Part shown: positions 38,412-46,054 of the stretch, piece after piece
Layout: every line of letters starts with the position of its first letter
Numbering within the stretch: position 1 is the first letter of the stretch
Program-made: the position numbers and the translations under genes
The notes under the pieces: model-generated
Told to the model about the DNA's origin: nothing
Database searches by the model: none
The model's input: only the letters and a program-made list of their open reading frames with translations
Origin: a virus
Lineage: Duplodnaviria > Caudoviricetes
Direction: 5' to 3' (one strand)
Virus record (IMG/VR): IMGVR_UViG_3300020434_000055
DNA length: 64,000 nt

Positions 38412-39419
38412 ATGCAAAAAACTAAACTAGAATACGTATGGCTAGACGGTTATAAGCCTGAACCTACATTACGATCTAAAATAAAAATAGTAGACAGATA
38501 TTGTAGTCACGTTGAAGAAGTTCCATTATGGGGCTTCGATGGTTCTAGTACACAACAAGCAAAAGGTTCAAGTTCAGATTGTATATTAAAACCTATACGA
38601 TTATACAATAGTCCTTTTGCATCTGATCAATTAGTATTATGTGAAGTTTTCAATGCAGACGGAACACCACACGAAACAAACTCAAGAAATAAAATTGAAA
38701 GTTTAAATCAAAAAGAATATTGGTTTGGCTTTGAACAAGAATATACATTAATGTTGTCCGGACGTCCATTAGGTTGGAATCCGGACCCATTAATTTTTCC
38801 AAAGGAACAAGGAGATTATTATTGTGGAGTAGGAGGAACTAATATAGGTTCCTTAGGAAGAAAAATAATGCACGAGCATATTAAAAAATGTTTAGTTGCA
38901 GGAGTTTCAATACACGGAACTAACGCAGAAGTTATGTTAGGACAATGGGAATATCAAGTGTTTGGTCGAGGTGCTAAAAAATCGGCGGACAATGCTTGGA
39001 TGGCACGTTATATACTTTACAGAATAGCAGAAAAATATGAGGTTGATGTTAATATAGATCCCAAACCAATCAAAGGAGATTGGAACGGAAACGGTATGCA
39101 TACTAACTTTTCAAATAATAAAATGCGAGACGAAGGTGGAGAAGATTACATTAAAAGTATTTGTGAGAAATTTAAACCTGCACACAAAGAACATATTATA
39201 GAGTATGGTAGCAAAAACGAAGAACGTTTAACAGGACTACACGAAACACAACACATTGATACATTTAGTTACGGTGTTAGTGATAGAGGGGCAAGTATTA
39301 GAATTCCTTTAGCACTTACACAAAAAAATTGGAAAGGTTATTTAGAAGACAGACGTCCTTCCGGAAATGCTGATCCTTATAGAGTTACTAATCGTATATT
39401 AACAACAATGGAACAATAA
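38412..39419 (+). CDS. glnII: Glutamine synthetase type II
   Basis: WGFDGSST, FGFEQEY, NAEVMLGQWEYQ, DWNGNGMH, RLTGLHET, RGASIRIP, LEDRRP. Confidence 0.96.
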   Translation: MQKTKLEYVWLDGYKPEPTLRSKIKIVDRYCSHVEEVPLWGFDGSSTQQAKGSSSDCILKPIRLYNSPFASDQLVLCEVFNADGTPHETNSRNKIESLNQKEYWFGFEQEYTLMLSGRPLGWNPDPLIFPKEQGDYYCGVGGTNIGSLGRKIMHEHIKKCLVAGVSIHGTNAEVMLGQWEYQVFGRGAKKSADNAWMARYILYRIAEKYEVDVNIDPKPIKGDWNGNGMHTNFSNNKMRDEGGEDYIKSICEKFKPAHKEHIIEYGSKNEERLTGLHETQHIDTFSYGVSDRGASIRIPLALTQKNWKGYLEDRRPSGNADPYRVTNRILTTMEQ

Positions 39420-40687
39420 TGGATTCGATAATGAGAAATGTTCTCCCTTTAATGGATTGGAATTCTAATAGATGGGATGGCATCATCAGACCTTACTCTC
39501 AGAAAAGCGTAGAAAAATTACGTGGTACTGCTGACATTCAATATACTCTTGCTGAAAGAGGATCAAGAAAACTTTGGTACAAGTTAAAAGAATTACCTTA
39601 CGTAAGTTCCTTAGGTGCTCTTACAGGTAACCAAGCACTACAACAAGCCAAAGCAGGATTAGATGCTGTATACTTGTCAGGGTGGCAAGTGGCGGCAGAT
39701 GCAAATACAACAGACGAAATGTATCCAGACCAGTCATTATATAATACTGAAAGTGTTCCTCGCATACTTAAAAAAATTAATAATACATTTATTCGTGCAG
39801 ATCAAATTCAACATATGGAAGGTAAAGAGAACATAGATTATTTTTTACCTATTGTTGCAGATGCTGAATCAGGATTTGGTGGTGTATTGAATACGCACGA
39901 AGTATTCAAACATATGATTAGAGAAGGTGCATCAGGAGTACACTTAGAAGATCAATTGTCTTCAGCAAAAAAATGTGGACACATGGGTGGAAAAGTTTTA
40001 GTACCTACTAGCGAAATGATTGAAAAACTTGTAGCGGCTAGACTTGCCGCGGACATTATGAAAGTTCCATTAATAATAATTGCAAGAACAGATTCACTTG
40101 CTGGTGCTTTAATTAGAAGTGATCACGACGAAGTAGACCAAAAATTTATAACAGGTGAACGAACTGCTGAAGGATTCTTTAGAACAAAAGCAGGAATGGA
40201 TCAAGCAGTTGCTCGTGGACTTGCATATGCTCCATATAGTGATTTAGTATGGATGGAAACTAGTAACCCAGACATCGGAGAAGCTAAAGAATTTTGTATA
40301 GAAGTACGTAAAAAATTTCCAAATAAGATGTTTGCATACAATTGTTCTCCGTCATTTAATTGGAAAGCTAAACTAAATGACAAACAAATAAGAAACTTTA
40401 AAGACGAATTAGGAGAGATTGGTTGTAAATTTCAATTTATTACACTTGCAGGATTTCACGCATTGAATCATAGTATGTTTGATTTAGCTAGTAAATATAA
40501 AGAAACAGGCATGACTGCTTTCGTTGAACTGCAACAAAAAGAGTTTGCGGCACAGGCCCAAGGATTTACAGCAGTTAAACATCAAAGAGAAGTAGGTGCA
40601 GGATATTTTGATGAAGTATCAAAACTAGTTACAGGCAGTAGTACGTTAAGTGCTTTACAAGGATCAACAGAAGAGGAACAATTTTAA
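39419..40687 (+). CDS. aceA: Isocitrate lyase
   Basis: YLSGWQVA, YPDQSLY, ADAESGFGG, HLEDQ...KKCGHM, AYNCSPSFNW, HQREVG.GY. Confidence 0.97.
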   Translation: MDSIMRNVLPLMDWNSNRWDGIIRPYSQKSVEKLRGTADIQYTLAERGSRKLWYKLKELPYVSSLGALTGNQALQQAKAGLDAVYLSGWQVAADANTTDEMYPDQSLYNTESVPRILKKINNTFIRADQIQHMEGKENIDYFLPIVADAESGFGGVLNTHEVFKHMIREGASGVHLEDQLSSAKKCGHMGGKVLVPTSEMIEKLVAARLAADIMKVPLIIIARTDSLAGALIRSDHDEVDQKFITGERTAEGFFRTKAGMDQAVARGLAYAPYSDLVWMETSNPDIGEAKEFCIEVRKKFPNKMFAYNCSPSFNWKAKLNDKQIRNFKDELGEIGCKFQFITLAGFHALNHSMFDLASKYKETGMTAFVELQQKEFAAQAQGFTAVKHQREVGAGYFDEVSKLVTGSSTLSALQGSTEEEQF

Positions 40688-40905
40688 TGGCTCACGCAGA
40701 TAAACCAAAAACAAAACGACCTTATACTAAAGTAAGAATGGTACCTGAAGATTCTAAAATGAAGGATCACGCATTTTATTATTATGCATTTAAACCTGGT
40801 AAGGGTGAAAAGAAAAATATGAAATTAAGAATGCGAAAATATGATCCAATTACCAGAAAACATATTTGGTGGGTAGAGAAAAAATTACCACCTCACGCTC
40901 CTTAA
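40687..40905 (+). CDS. rpmG: Ribosomal protein bL33-like
   Basis: KVRMV...FYY...K...KLRMRKYDP..RKH....EKK. Confidence 0.78.
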   Translation: MAHADKPKTKRPYTKVRMVPEDSKMKDHAFYYYAFKPGKGEKKNMKLRMRKYDPITRKHIWWVEKKLPPHAP

Positions 40906-40928
40906 TTCTATTTTGGTAGAATTTCTAC

Positions 40929-40951
40929 TTGCGAATAGTACGCATTCGCAA
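40929..40951. other. Inverted repeat after rpmG
   Basis: TTGCGAAT-7 nt-ATTCGCAA. Confidence 0.55.
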
Positions 40952-40979
40952 TATACTAAATACTTTAAAGGAGAAATAT

Positions 40980-41126
40980 ATGTCATTTTTATTACATGAA
41001 CTAATGGAACTTGCCTTGTTAATTTCTGCAATAGCAGTAACATGGGCAGTACCTAGACCGGCTTGGATATCACGACTTTATAATCGTATTGGAAGAGCAT
41101 TCGGTTACAATCCACAATACAAATAA
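40980..41126 (+). CDS. Small membrane protein
   Basis: TAAATA 40957-40962, AAGGAG SD, ATG 40980. Confidence 0.6.
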   Translation: MSFLLHELMELALLISAIAVTWAVPRPAWISRLYNRIGRAFGYNPQYK

Positions 41127-41213
41127 TTTTTGTAGCTTTTATCAAAAGTATAATATATCTTAAAACATATTATAACTTTTATCAATACTAGTGTAAATAC
41201 AAGTAAATTTAAT

Positions 41214-41268
41214 AGGCACATAGGCACTTTACTAGACAACTAGGCAAAACCAGGCATAAACGGAGGCA
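41214..41268 (+). repeat. Five AGGCA motifs in a 5' leader
   Basis: 41214, 41222, 41242, 41252, 41264. Confidence 0.75.
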
Positions 41269-41274
41269 ATAATT

Positions 41275-41361
41275 ATGGCTACAATACCGCTCTTGATAAT
41301 CATTTTGGGGGTGTCTTGTTTACTTTTTTTACTTGTATTATGGATAACGTTATTCCTTTAA
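41275..41361 (+). CDS. 28-aa membrane microprotein
   Basis: GGAGG SD; MATIPLLIIILGVSCLLFLLVLWITLFL. Confidence 0.6.
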   Translation: MATIPLLIIILGVSCLLFLLVLWITLFL

Positions 41362-41407
41362 TAGACATTGTTTATTAAAGTAAAATAGGTCAAGAATAAA
41401 TACGTAT

Positions 41408-42868
41408 ATGCGATACGTAGAGTTCAAAAAAATAGCTGAAGCACAAACACTAGGTAGGTCTACATCTACAAGTGTCCCTGGTTATATCACTGCTGTAAAC
41501 AATTTATTAGCCACAAATCAACCAATAGCAGTTGGTCCAGAAGGTATACCAGTTGTTCCTAAACCAAATCAAAGACTACGAATTCCTACTACAAATCCAA
41601 CAGATTTAAAAAATTTTTTTGATACTCAAAAAATTACAACAACAGATAATAAAGAAGTATTAGTAAAAAATATTACAAAAACTGATAAAATAAAAGGTCA
41701 AAGCACAGCCGCGGCGGCTGGTGGTAGTGGTGAACAAATACCTAATAAACCTAATAGAGGAAATGTAGCAGAAGGTTTATTTGCAATTGCATTATACGAT
41801 ACAATTAAAAATGGTTCAACTAGTGGAGCTACTATAGTTTCCACAGCAACTAGAGGCTTACCTAGTGCATTATCAGGAGAAACAGAACTTCCGCATAGTC
41901 CTGTAGACAAATTAACTTTAAAAATAAATTTAGCGCCAGAAGACTTTGCTGGTTTAAAAAATGAAAAATTTTTAAAGAGTGATAAAGAAATACAAGGTTA
42001 CATGACACAAATGGCAAATTTTTGTAATAAAGAAATAAAAGATGTTAAACAGACTTTACAAACAAATCAACAAATTGACTCTGTTAACGTTATTGCAGAT
42101 GGTATATCTGATCAAAAAGGATCCAAAGTAGATGTTTTAATGAATATACTTTCAGGTGGAAAGAAAGAAACAGTAAAATATGAATATAGTGTAAAAGCTG
42201 GAGACATAAAACAGTTTGGACAAAGTTCAATCTTAGGTGGAAATACATCACAAAAGTTTTCGGCTGAACAAAGATTTCAAGCACAAATAGACTTTTGGGA
42301 ACAATTTGGTATTGAATTAGATGACGATAATAGACTAGAAGATGACTTTGTTAATACTGCTATGGCTAATCAACAAAACGATAAAAATGGTATACCAGGA
42401 GAAATAGTAAAAACTAAAGCAACAAAAACTAAAAAAGGTAAAGAGAAACGAATTACAGATCCAAATGCTTCAAATCCTTTTGATTATACATATGACAAAG
42501 CGGCTAAACAACTAAATGCAAATTTACAAAGATTTGAAGAAGATACTGTTAGAAGTATAATACAAGCAGTACAAAATCATGCTAGAGGAAATAATCCTAA
42601 TGCAAAAGTTTTAAATTTTGATGTAAACAAATATGAACAATTAGACTTTGAAAAACTTACACCTTTATTGCAATCAATAGAATTTAAAGCTCAAGGACCT
42701 AGACCTGGAGCTAAAATAAAAGCAACTCCGGAAATTAAAATATATTCAAAAACAGGAGCAAAGTGGAAAGAATTTCTAACAGTAAGACTTTATGTTACTC
42801 ATAAAAAAATTACTAACATGATAGAAAAAGAAGATGGTTTAACAGAGCTTGTTAACATGATTGATTAA
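41408..42868 (+). CDS. Late hypothetical protein, possible PD-(D/E)XK-fold domain
   Basis: TAAATA 41397-41402; GNVAEG...KVD...EYSVK. Confidence 0.5.
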   Translation: MRYVEFKKIAEAQTLGRSTSTSVPGYITAVNNLLATNQPIAVGPEGIPVVPKPNQRLRIPTTNPTDLKNFFDTQKITTTDNKEVLVKNITKTDKIKGQSTAAAAGGSGEQIPNKPNRGNVAEGLFAIALYDTIKNGSTSGATIVSTATRGLPSALSGETELPHSPVDKLTLKINLAPEDFAGLKNEKFLKSDKEIQGYMTQMANFCNKEIKDVKQTLQTNQQIDSVNVIADGISDQKGSKVDVLMNILSGGKKETVKYEYSVKAGDIKQFGQSSILGGNTSQKFSAEQRFQAQIDFWEQFGIELDDDNRLEDDFVNTAMANQQNDKNGIPGEIVKTKATKTKKGKEKRITDPNASNPFDYTYDKAAKQLNANLQRFEEDTVRSIIQAVQNHARGNNPNAKVLNFDVNKYEQLDFEKLTPLLQSIEFKAQGPRPGAKIKATPEIKIYSKTGAKWKEFLTVRLYVTHKKITNMIEKEDGLTELVNMID

Positions 42869-42882
42869 AGGTAAATATTAGT

Positions 42883-43152
42883 ATGTCAGCGAACGGTATA
42901 TCACATCATCCATTAAAAAGAACAAGACAACAGAACAAACTTGATATGACTATCGGCAAACGTGAAGGTAGAACTGTAGCACTTGATGGTACTATTAGCG
43001 GTGCTATTAATAGTAGTGCACCTGCTTTTAGAACAAAAAATGCTCTTGACATTCAACGACTTCCTACATTATATCATTCATCTTCCAATACAGGTGCATT
43101 AACAGATAACCCAAATCCAGCTGGTTTAGTCTTAAGTCGTCCTTGGGTGTAA
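42883..43152 (+). CDS. Late hypothetical protein
   Basis: TAAATA 42872-42877. Confidence 0.7.
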   Translation: MSANGISHHPLKRTRQQNKLDMTIGKREGRTVALDGTISGAINSSAPAFRTKNALDIQRLPTLYHSSSNTGALTDNPNPAGLVLSRPWV

Positions 43153-43160
43153 TAATCTAA

Positions 43161-43220
43161 TAATTCTTAATAATTCTTAATAAATACTCATATAATGAAA
43201 GAAATACTCATATAATGAAA
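43161..43220 (+). repeat. Two adjacent tandem duplications
   Basis: TAATTCTTAA x2, then AAATACTCATATAATGAAA x2. Confidence 0.8.
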
Positions 43221-43658
43221 CGATTAGATATCAGCGATCAAACGGCAGTTTCAATGCCGATGAAAAATTTAATAGCAATCGTTATAGCTGTAGCTGTAGG
43301 AGTTTGGGCGTATTTTGGTGTTATTGAAAGACTTAATAAGTTAGAAACTGTAACACAACTAGCAGAGAAAGATTTGACCCAAGCAGAAGAAAGACTTGGT
43401 GGCGATATTGAAAAGAATAACGAATTCCGTATTAAATGGCCACGTGGAGAACTAGGTTCCCCTCCAGCAGATGCAGAACAATTCATGCTTATTGAACATA
43501 TAGCGGGCCAATTAGAAAAAATTCAAGACCGTATGGAAGAGATGTTAAACAATGGCGTTAACATTAAACGACTACAAGAAGACGTTAAAGACCTTAGAGC
43601 AGATGTTGAGAAACTAAAAGACGGGCAAAGAGGCTTACAACACCAAAACGGAAATTAA
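43215..43658 (+). CDS. Membrane-anchored coiled-coil protein
   Basis: TM segment then heptads. Confidence 0.75.
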   Translation: MKRLDISDQTAVSMPMKNLIAIVIAVAVGVWAYFGVIERLNKLETVTQLAEKDLTQAEERLGGDIEKNNEFRIKWPRGELGSPPADAEQFMLIEHIAGQLEKIQDRMEEMLNNGVNIKRLQEDVKDLRADVEKLKDGQRGLQHQNGN

Positions 43659-43691
43659 TTAAATTCGCCAAATAAAATAAATACTACTATA

Positions 43692-44027
43692 ATGAAAAAG
43701 TGTTTACTAATATTACTGGCTATACTATTTTTATCTACCCAAACTATGGCGTTAGAATATAAGCCGGGTAAGAAACATCTAAACAAAGAAGGTGTTGTTG
43801 GTTTATTATTAATTCTTAATGGAAAAATGATAGAACACGTTTTCAAACCAAACATATCTGCTTGTATGAAATCCAAAAGAATAGCACAAAGAGAAATGGA
43901 TTCGAGCAACGAATCAAAAGGAGCAAGAGTAATTTTTACTTGTAAAATACTCGTAGCAGATTTAGAAGAAGATTCTCAAACCAAATATGGTTTAAGAATT
44001 ATAAAAGTACACTCAGGAGTAAATTAA
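43692..44027 (+). CDS. Exported protein with a two-Cys domain
   Basis: Signal peptide; CMKSKRIAQR...FTC; TAAATA 43678-43683. Confidence 0.75.
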   Translation: MKKCLLILLAILFLSTQTMALEYKPGKKHLNKEGVVGLLLILNGKMIEHVFKPNISACMKSKRIAQREMDSSNESKGARVIFTCKILVADLEEDSQTKYGLRIIKVHSGVN

Positions 44028-44031
44028 TAAT

Positions 44032-44256
44032 ATGGAAAGTAGAAAATTAAAAGGAACGATTTTCTTAGCAGTAGTTTTAATTGCTATTGTATGGATTTTG
44101 GCTACTAAACCAACGCCAACTCAAGCGGCTTGTACAGGTTGCGGAGATGGTGGACATGGTACTTGTATTGAGAAGCCAGGACATACACATGATGACGAAC
44201 AAGGTCATGAGCATGAAGAAGGTACTTGGTTGGATCATAAACACGACCCAAAGTAG
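44032..44256 (+). CDS. Membrane-anchored Cys/His-rich protein; N-terminal part of a candidate frameshift gene
   Basis: TM, CTGC...C, HTHDDEQGHEHEE; ends C CCA AAG TAG. Confidence 0.7.
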   Translation: MESRKLKGTIFLAVVLIAIVWILATKPTPTQAACTGCGDGGHGTCIEKPGHTHDDEQGHEHEEGTWLDHKHDPK

Positions 44257-44600
44257 AAAAGATTCTAATTGAAGAACACGCACAATCAGAATCTACACCG
44301 GAAGATGGCGTTGTATTTGCAGTATGCATTTTTGCTATTGCTGAAGATGGGACTAGAGTACTAGTCGATCATAGAGCATCTGATGACTTAATGCACTGCT
44401 TAAAAAATAAAAGAGAAGCAGAAAGAGATTATAGAGATCCTGAGAAAAGAAATAAAATGTATCCTGGCTCTACTGTATTCACTATGACTTGTGATAAAGT
44501 AGACGCTAAAATTAGAATCAAAGAAGACGGCAGTTGGGAAATACTTGATATACTAGGCAGACATGAAGAAGCATACAGAGAAAAGAAATCCTGGGAATAA
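44241..44600 (+). CDS. Open -1 frame encoding a paralog of the 43692 domain; no in-frame ATG until 44391
   Basis: DGVVFAVCIF...HCLKNKREAER...MTC. Confidence 0.65.
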   Translation, partial: TRPKVEKILIEEHAQSESTPEDGVVFAVCIFAIAEDGTRVLVDHRASDDLMHCLKNKREAERDYRDPEKRNKMYPGSTVFTMTCDKVDAKIRIKEDGSWEILDILGRHEEAYREKKSWE

Positions 44601-44604
44601 AAGA

Positions 44605-44633
44605 TTGACATAACTACCCAAATATGTTATAGT
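44605..44633 (+). promoter_or_regulatory. sigma70-type promoter
   Basis: TTGACA-17-TATAGT. Confidence 0.75.
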
Positions 44634-44651
44634 AGTATAAATATAGAAAAG

Positions 44652-44679
44652 AATTTTGCCGTCATGGCAAAATTTTTTT
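44652..44679 (+). terminator. Rho-independent terminator-like hairpin
   Basis: AATTTTGCC-GTCAT-GGCAAAATT followed by a T-run. Confidence 0.65.
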
Positions 44680-44721
44680 GAGTAAAATTTTTTTTTGAAT
44701 GATTGAAAAGGGAAAAAGAAA

Positions 44722-45531
44722 ATGACACAACTAATAAATCCTACAAAATATACTGATATAAATGGCCGTTTACGGTCATTTTTTTTGAATAAAGGATTCC
44801 TAGAAGTTCATACGCAAAATAGATTAAGCATATTAGCGGCGTGTGAAGATCCTACTACAATATCAACATACAATTATGCCGGGAAAGTTTGGCCCTTACC
44901 CCAAACCGGGCAGATGTGGCTCGAATATGAATTACTTAATGACCCAGCTGTGCCTGGGTTTTTTTGTATTAGCACGTCCTATCGACAAGAACCGAATCCT
45001 GTAAAAGGGAGGCATGACTTAATATTTCCAATGTTTGAATTTGAATTTCCAGGAACATTTGAAGATTTAAGAAGTATGGAAATAGAACTATGTGAACACT
45101 TAGGCTTTGGTCCTGTAATGGAAAAAAGTTATAAAGAATGGTCTAACATATACAACGTAAAAGAACTAGAAGCAATACATGAAGATCAAATGTGTAAAAC
45201 ACATGGTACTTGTATGATACAGAACTTTCCTAATACTACTTCTCCTTTTTGGAATATGAAACAAAATGGGGATGGTACTGCATCAAAAATAGATGTTATT
45301 ATAAAAGGAATAGAAACAATTGGTTCTGCAGAAAGATCAAGTGATCCGGATGAAATGCGAAAACAATTTCATACAATTTCAGAAGGTATGTATGCTGAAT
45401 TATTATACGGACGATTTGGAAAAGAACGAGTAGAAGAAGAACTTGAAGAATTTCTAGCACACGACTTTATTCCACGAGTAGGTGGTGGAATAGGTTTAAC
45501 TAGAATGATTAGAGCAATTGATCTAATATAA
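44722..45531 (+). CDS. Class IIb aaRS-like catalytic domain (AsnRS-related/asparagine synthetase-like) lacking an anticodon-binding domain
   Basis: Motif 1 R.FF...GFLEV, LPQTGQ, motif 2 SYRQE...RH...F.M.EFE, ETIGSAER, motif 3 GGGIGLTR. Confidence 0.85.
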   Translation: MTQLINPTKYTDINGRLRSFFLNKGFLEVHTQNRLSILAACEDPTTISTYNYAGKVWPLPQTGQMWLEYELLNDPAVPGFFCISTSYRQEPNPVKGRHDLIFPMFEFEFPGTFEDLRSMEIELCEHLGFGPVMEKSYKEWSNIYNVKELEAIHEDQMCKTHGTCMIQNFPNTTSPFWNMKQNGDGTASKIDVIIKGIETIGSAERSSDPDEMRKQFHTISEGMYAELLYGRFGKERVEEELEEFLAHDFIPRVGGGIGLTRMIRAIDLI

Positions 45532-45536
45532 TTTAC

Positions 45537-45627
45537 TCTGCGGTGGCGGAATTGGTAGACGCAATTAACTGTTCATTAATGGAGTAATTATTTACTCGTG
45601 TAGGTTCGAATCCTACCCGCAGAGCCA
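45537..45627 (+). tRNA. tRNA with GTT (Asn) anticodon and a long variable arm
   Basis: Acceptor TCTGCGG/CCGCAGA, G73, encoded CCA; T-arm GTAGG-TTCGAAT-CCTAC; anticodon arm ATTAA-CTGTTCA-TTAAT; variable stem GAGTAA/TTACTC. Confidence 0.88.
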
Positions 45628-45628
45628 A

Positions 45629-45946
45629 TTAGATAATATCTAATCTCTCATCTGTAAAATCTAAACCTTCTAACTCTTTAGGTTTACCTAATGGATATGA
45701 TGGTTCTAATCTAAACTCTTCACCAGTTGCATCGTTCTTACAACCAGCAACTAACCAATCCCATTTAAACTGACCATCAATAACAAATTCCCACATAACA
45801 TCATAGGTTCCGTTATCTCTCGTTTGTAAGGTAAGTTCTTTTTTACAGGCTTCCATTGTATCAAATGTTTGTTGCATTTGAAACGTTTGTTGTGTTGCTA
45901 TTGGATCTTGTGTTATAAGATAAGCAAGTATTAAAATTTTATACAT
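45629..45946 (-). CDS. Hypothetical exported protein
   Basis: ORF track; hydrophobic N-terminus. Confidence 0.7.
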   Translation of the reverse strand: MYKILILAYLITQDPIATQQTFQMQQTFDTMEACKKELTLQTRDNGTYDVMWEFVIDGQFKWDWLVAGCKNDATGEEFRLEPSYPLGKPKELEGLDFTDERLDII

Positions 45947-46045
45947 TTATTTGACAAGCATAGGTACAATAATTATGAAGCCTAACATTACGGCAACATA
46001 ATAAATCAACCAATGCGTGATATTCTCTGATGGTTTAAATTTCAT
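45947..46045 (-). CDS. 32-aa membrane microprotein
   Basis: MKFKPSENITHWLIYYVAVMLGFIIIVPMLVK. Confidence 0.5.
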   Translation of the reverse strand: MKFKPSENITHWLIYYVAVMLGFIIIVPMLVK

Positions 46046-46054
46046 TATTATTAT

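Noticed and set aside
38412-40905. Host chromosomal fragment or prophage boundary
   Set aside because: Composition is uniform, flanks carry phage late promoters and small phage ORFs, and there is no integrase or att site; only read data could exclude chimerism completely
44391-44600. Independent gene starting at ATG 44391
   Set aside because: That start has no SD and falls in the middle of a domain paralogous to 43692
45537-45627. Selenocysteine or opal-suppressor reading of the tRNA (TCA in the loop)
   Set aside because: The ATTAA/TTAAT stem centres GTT at positions 34-36; TCA is off-centre and the acceptor is a normal 7 bp
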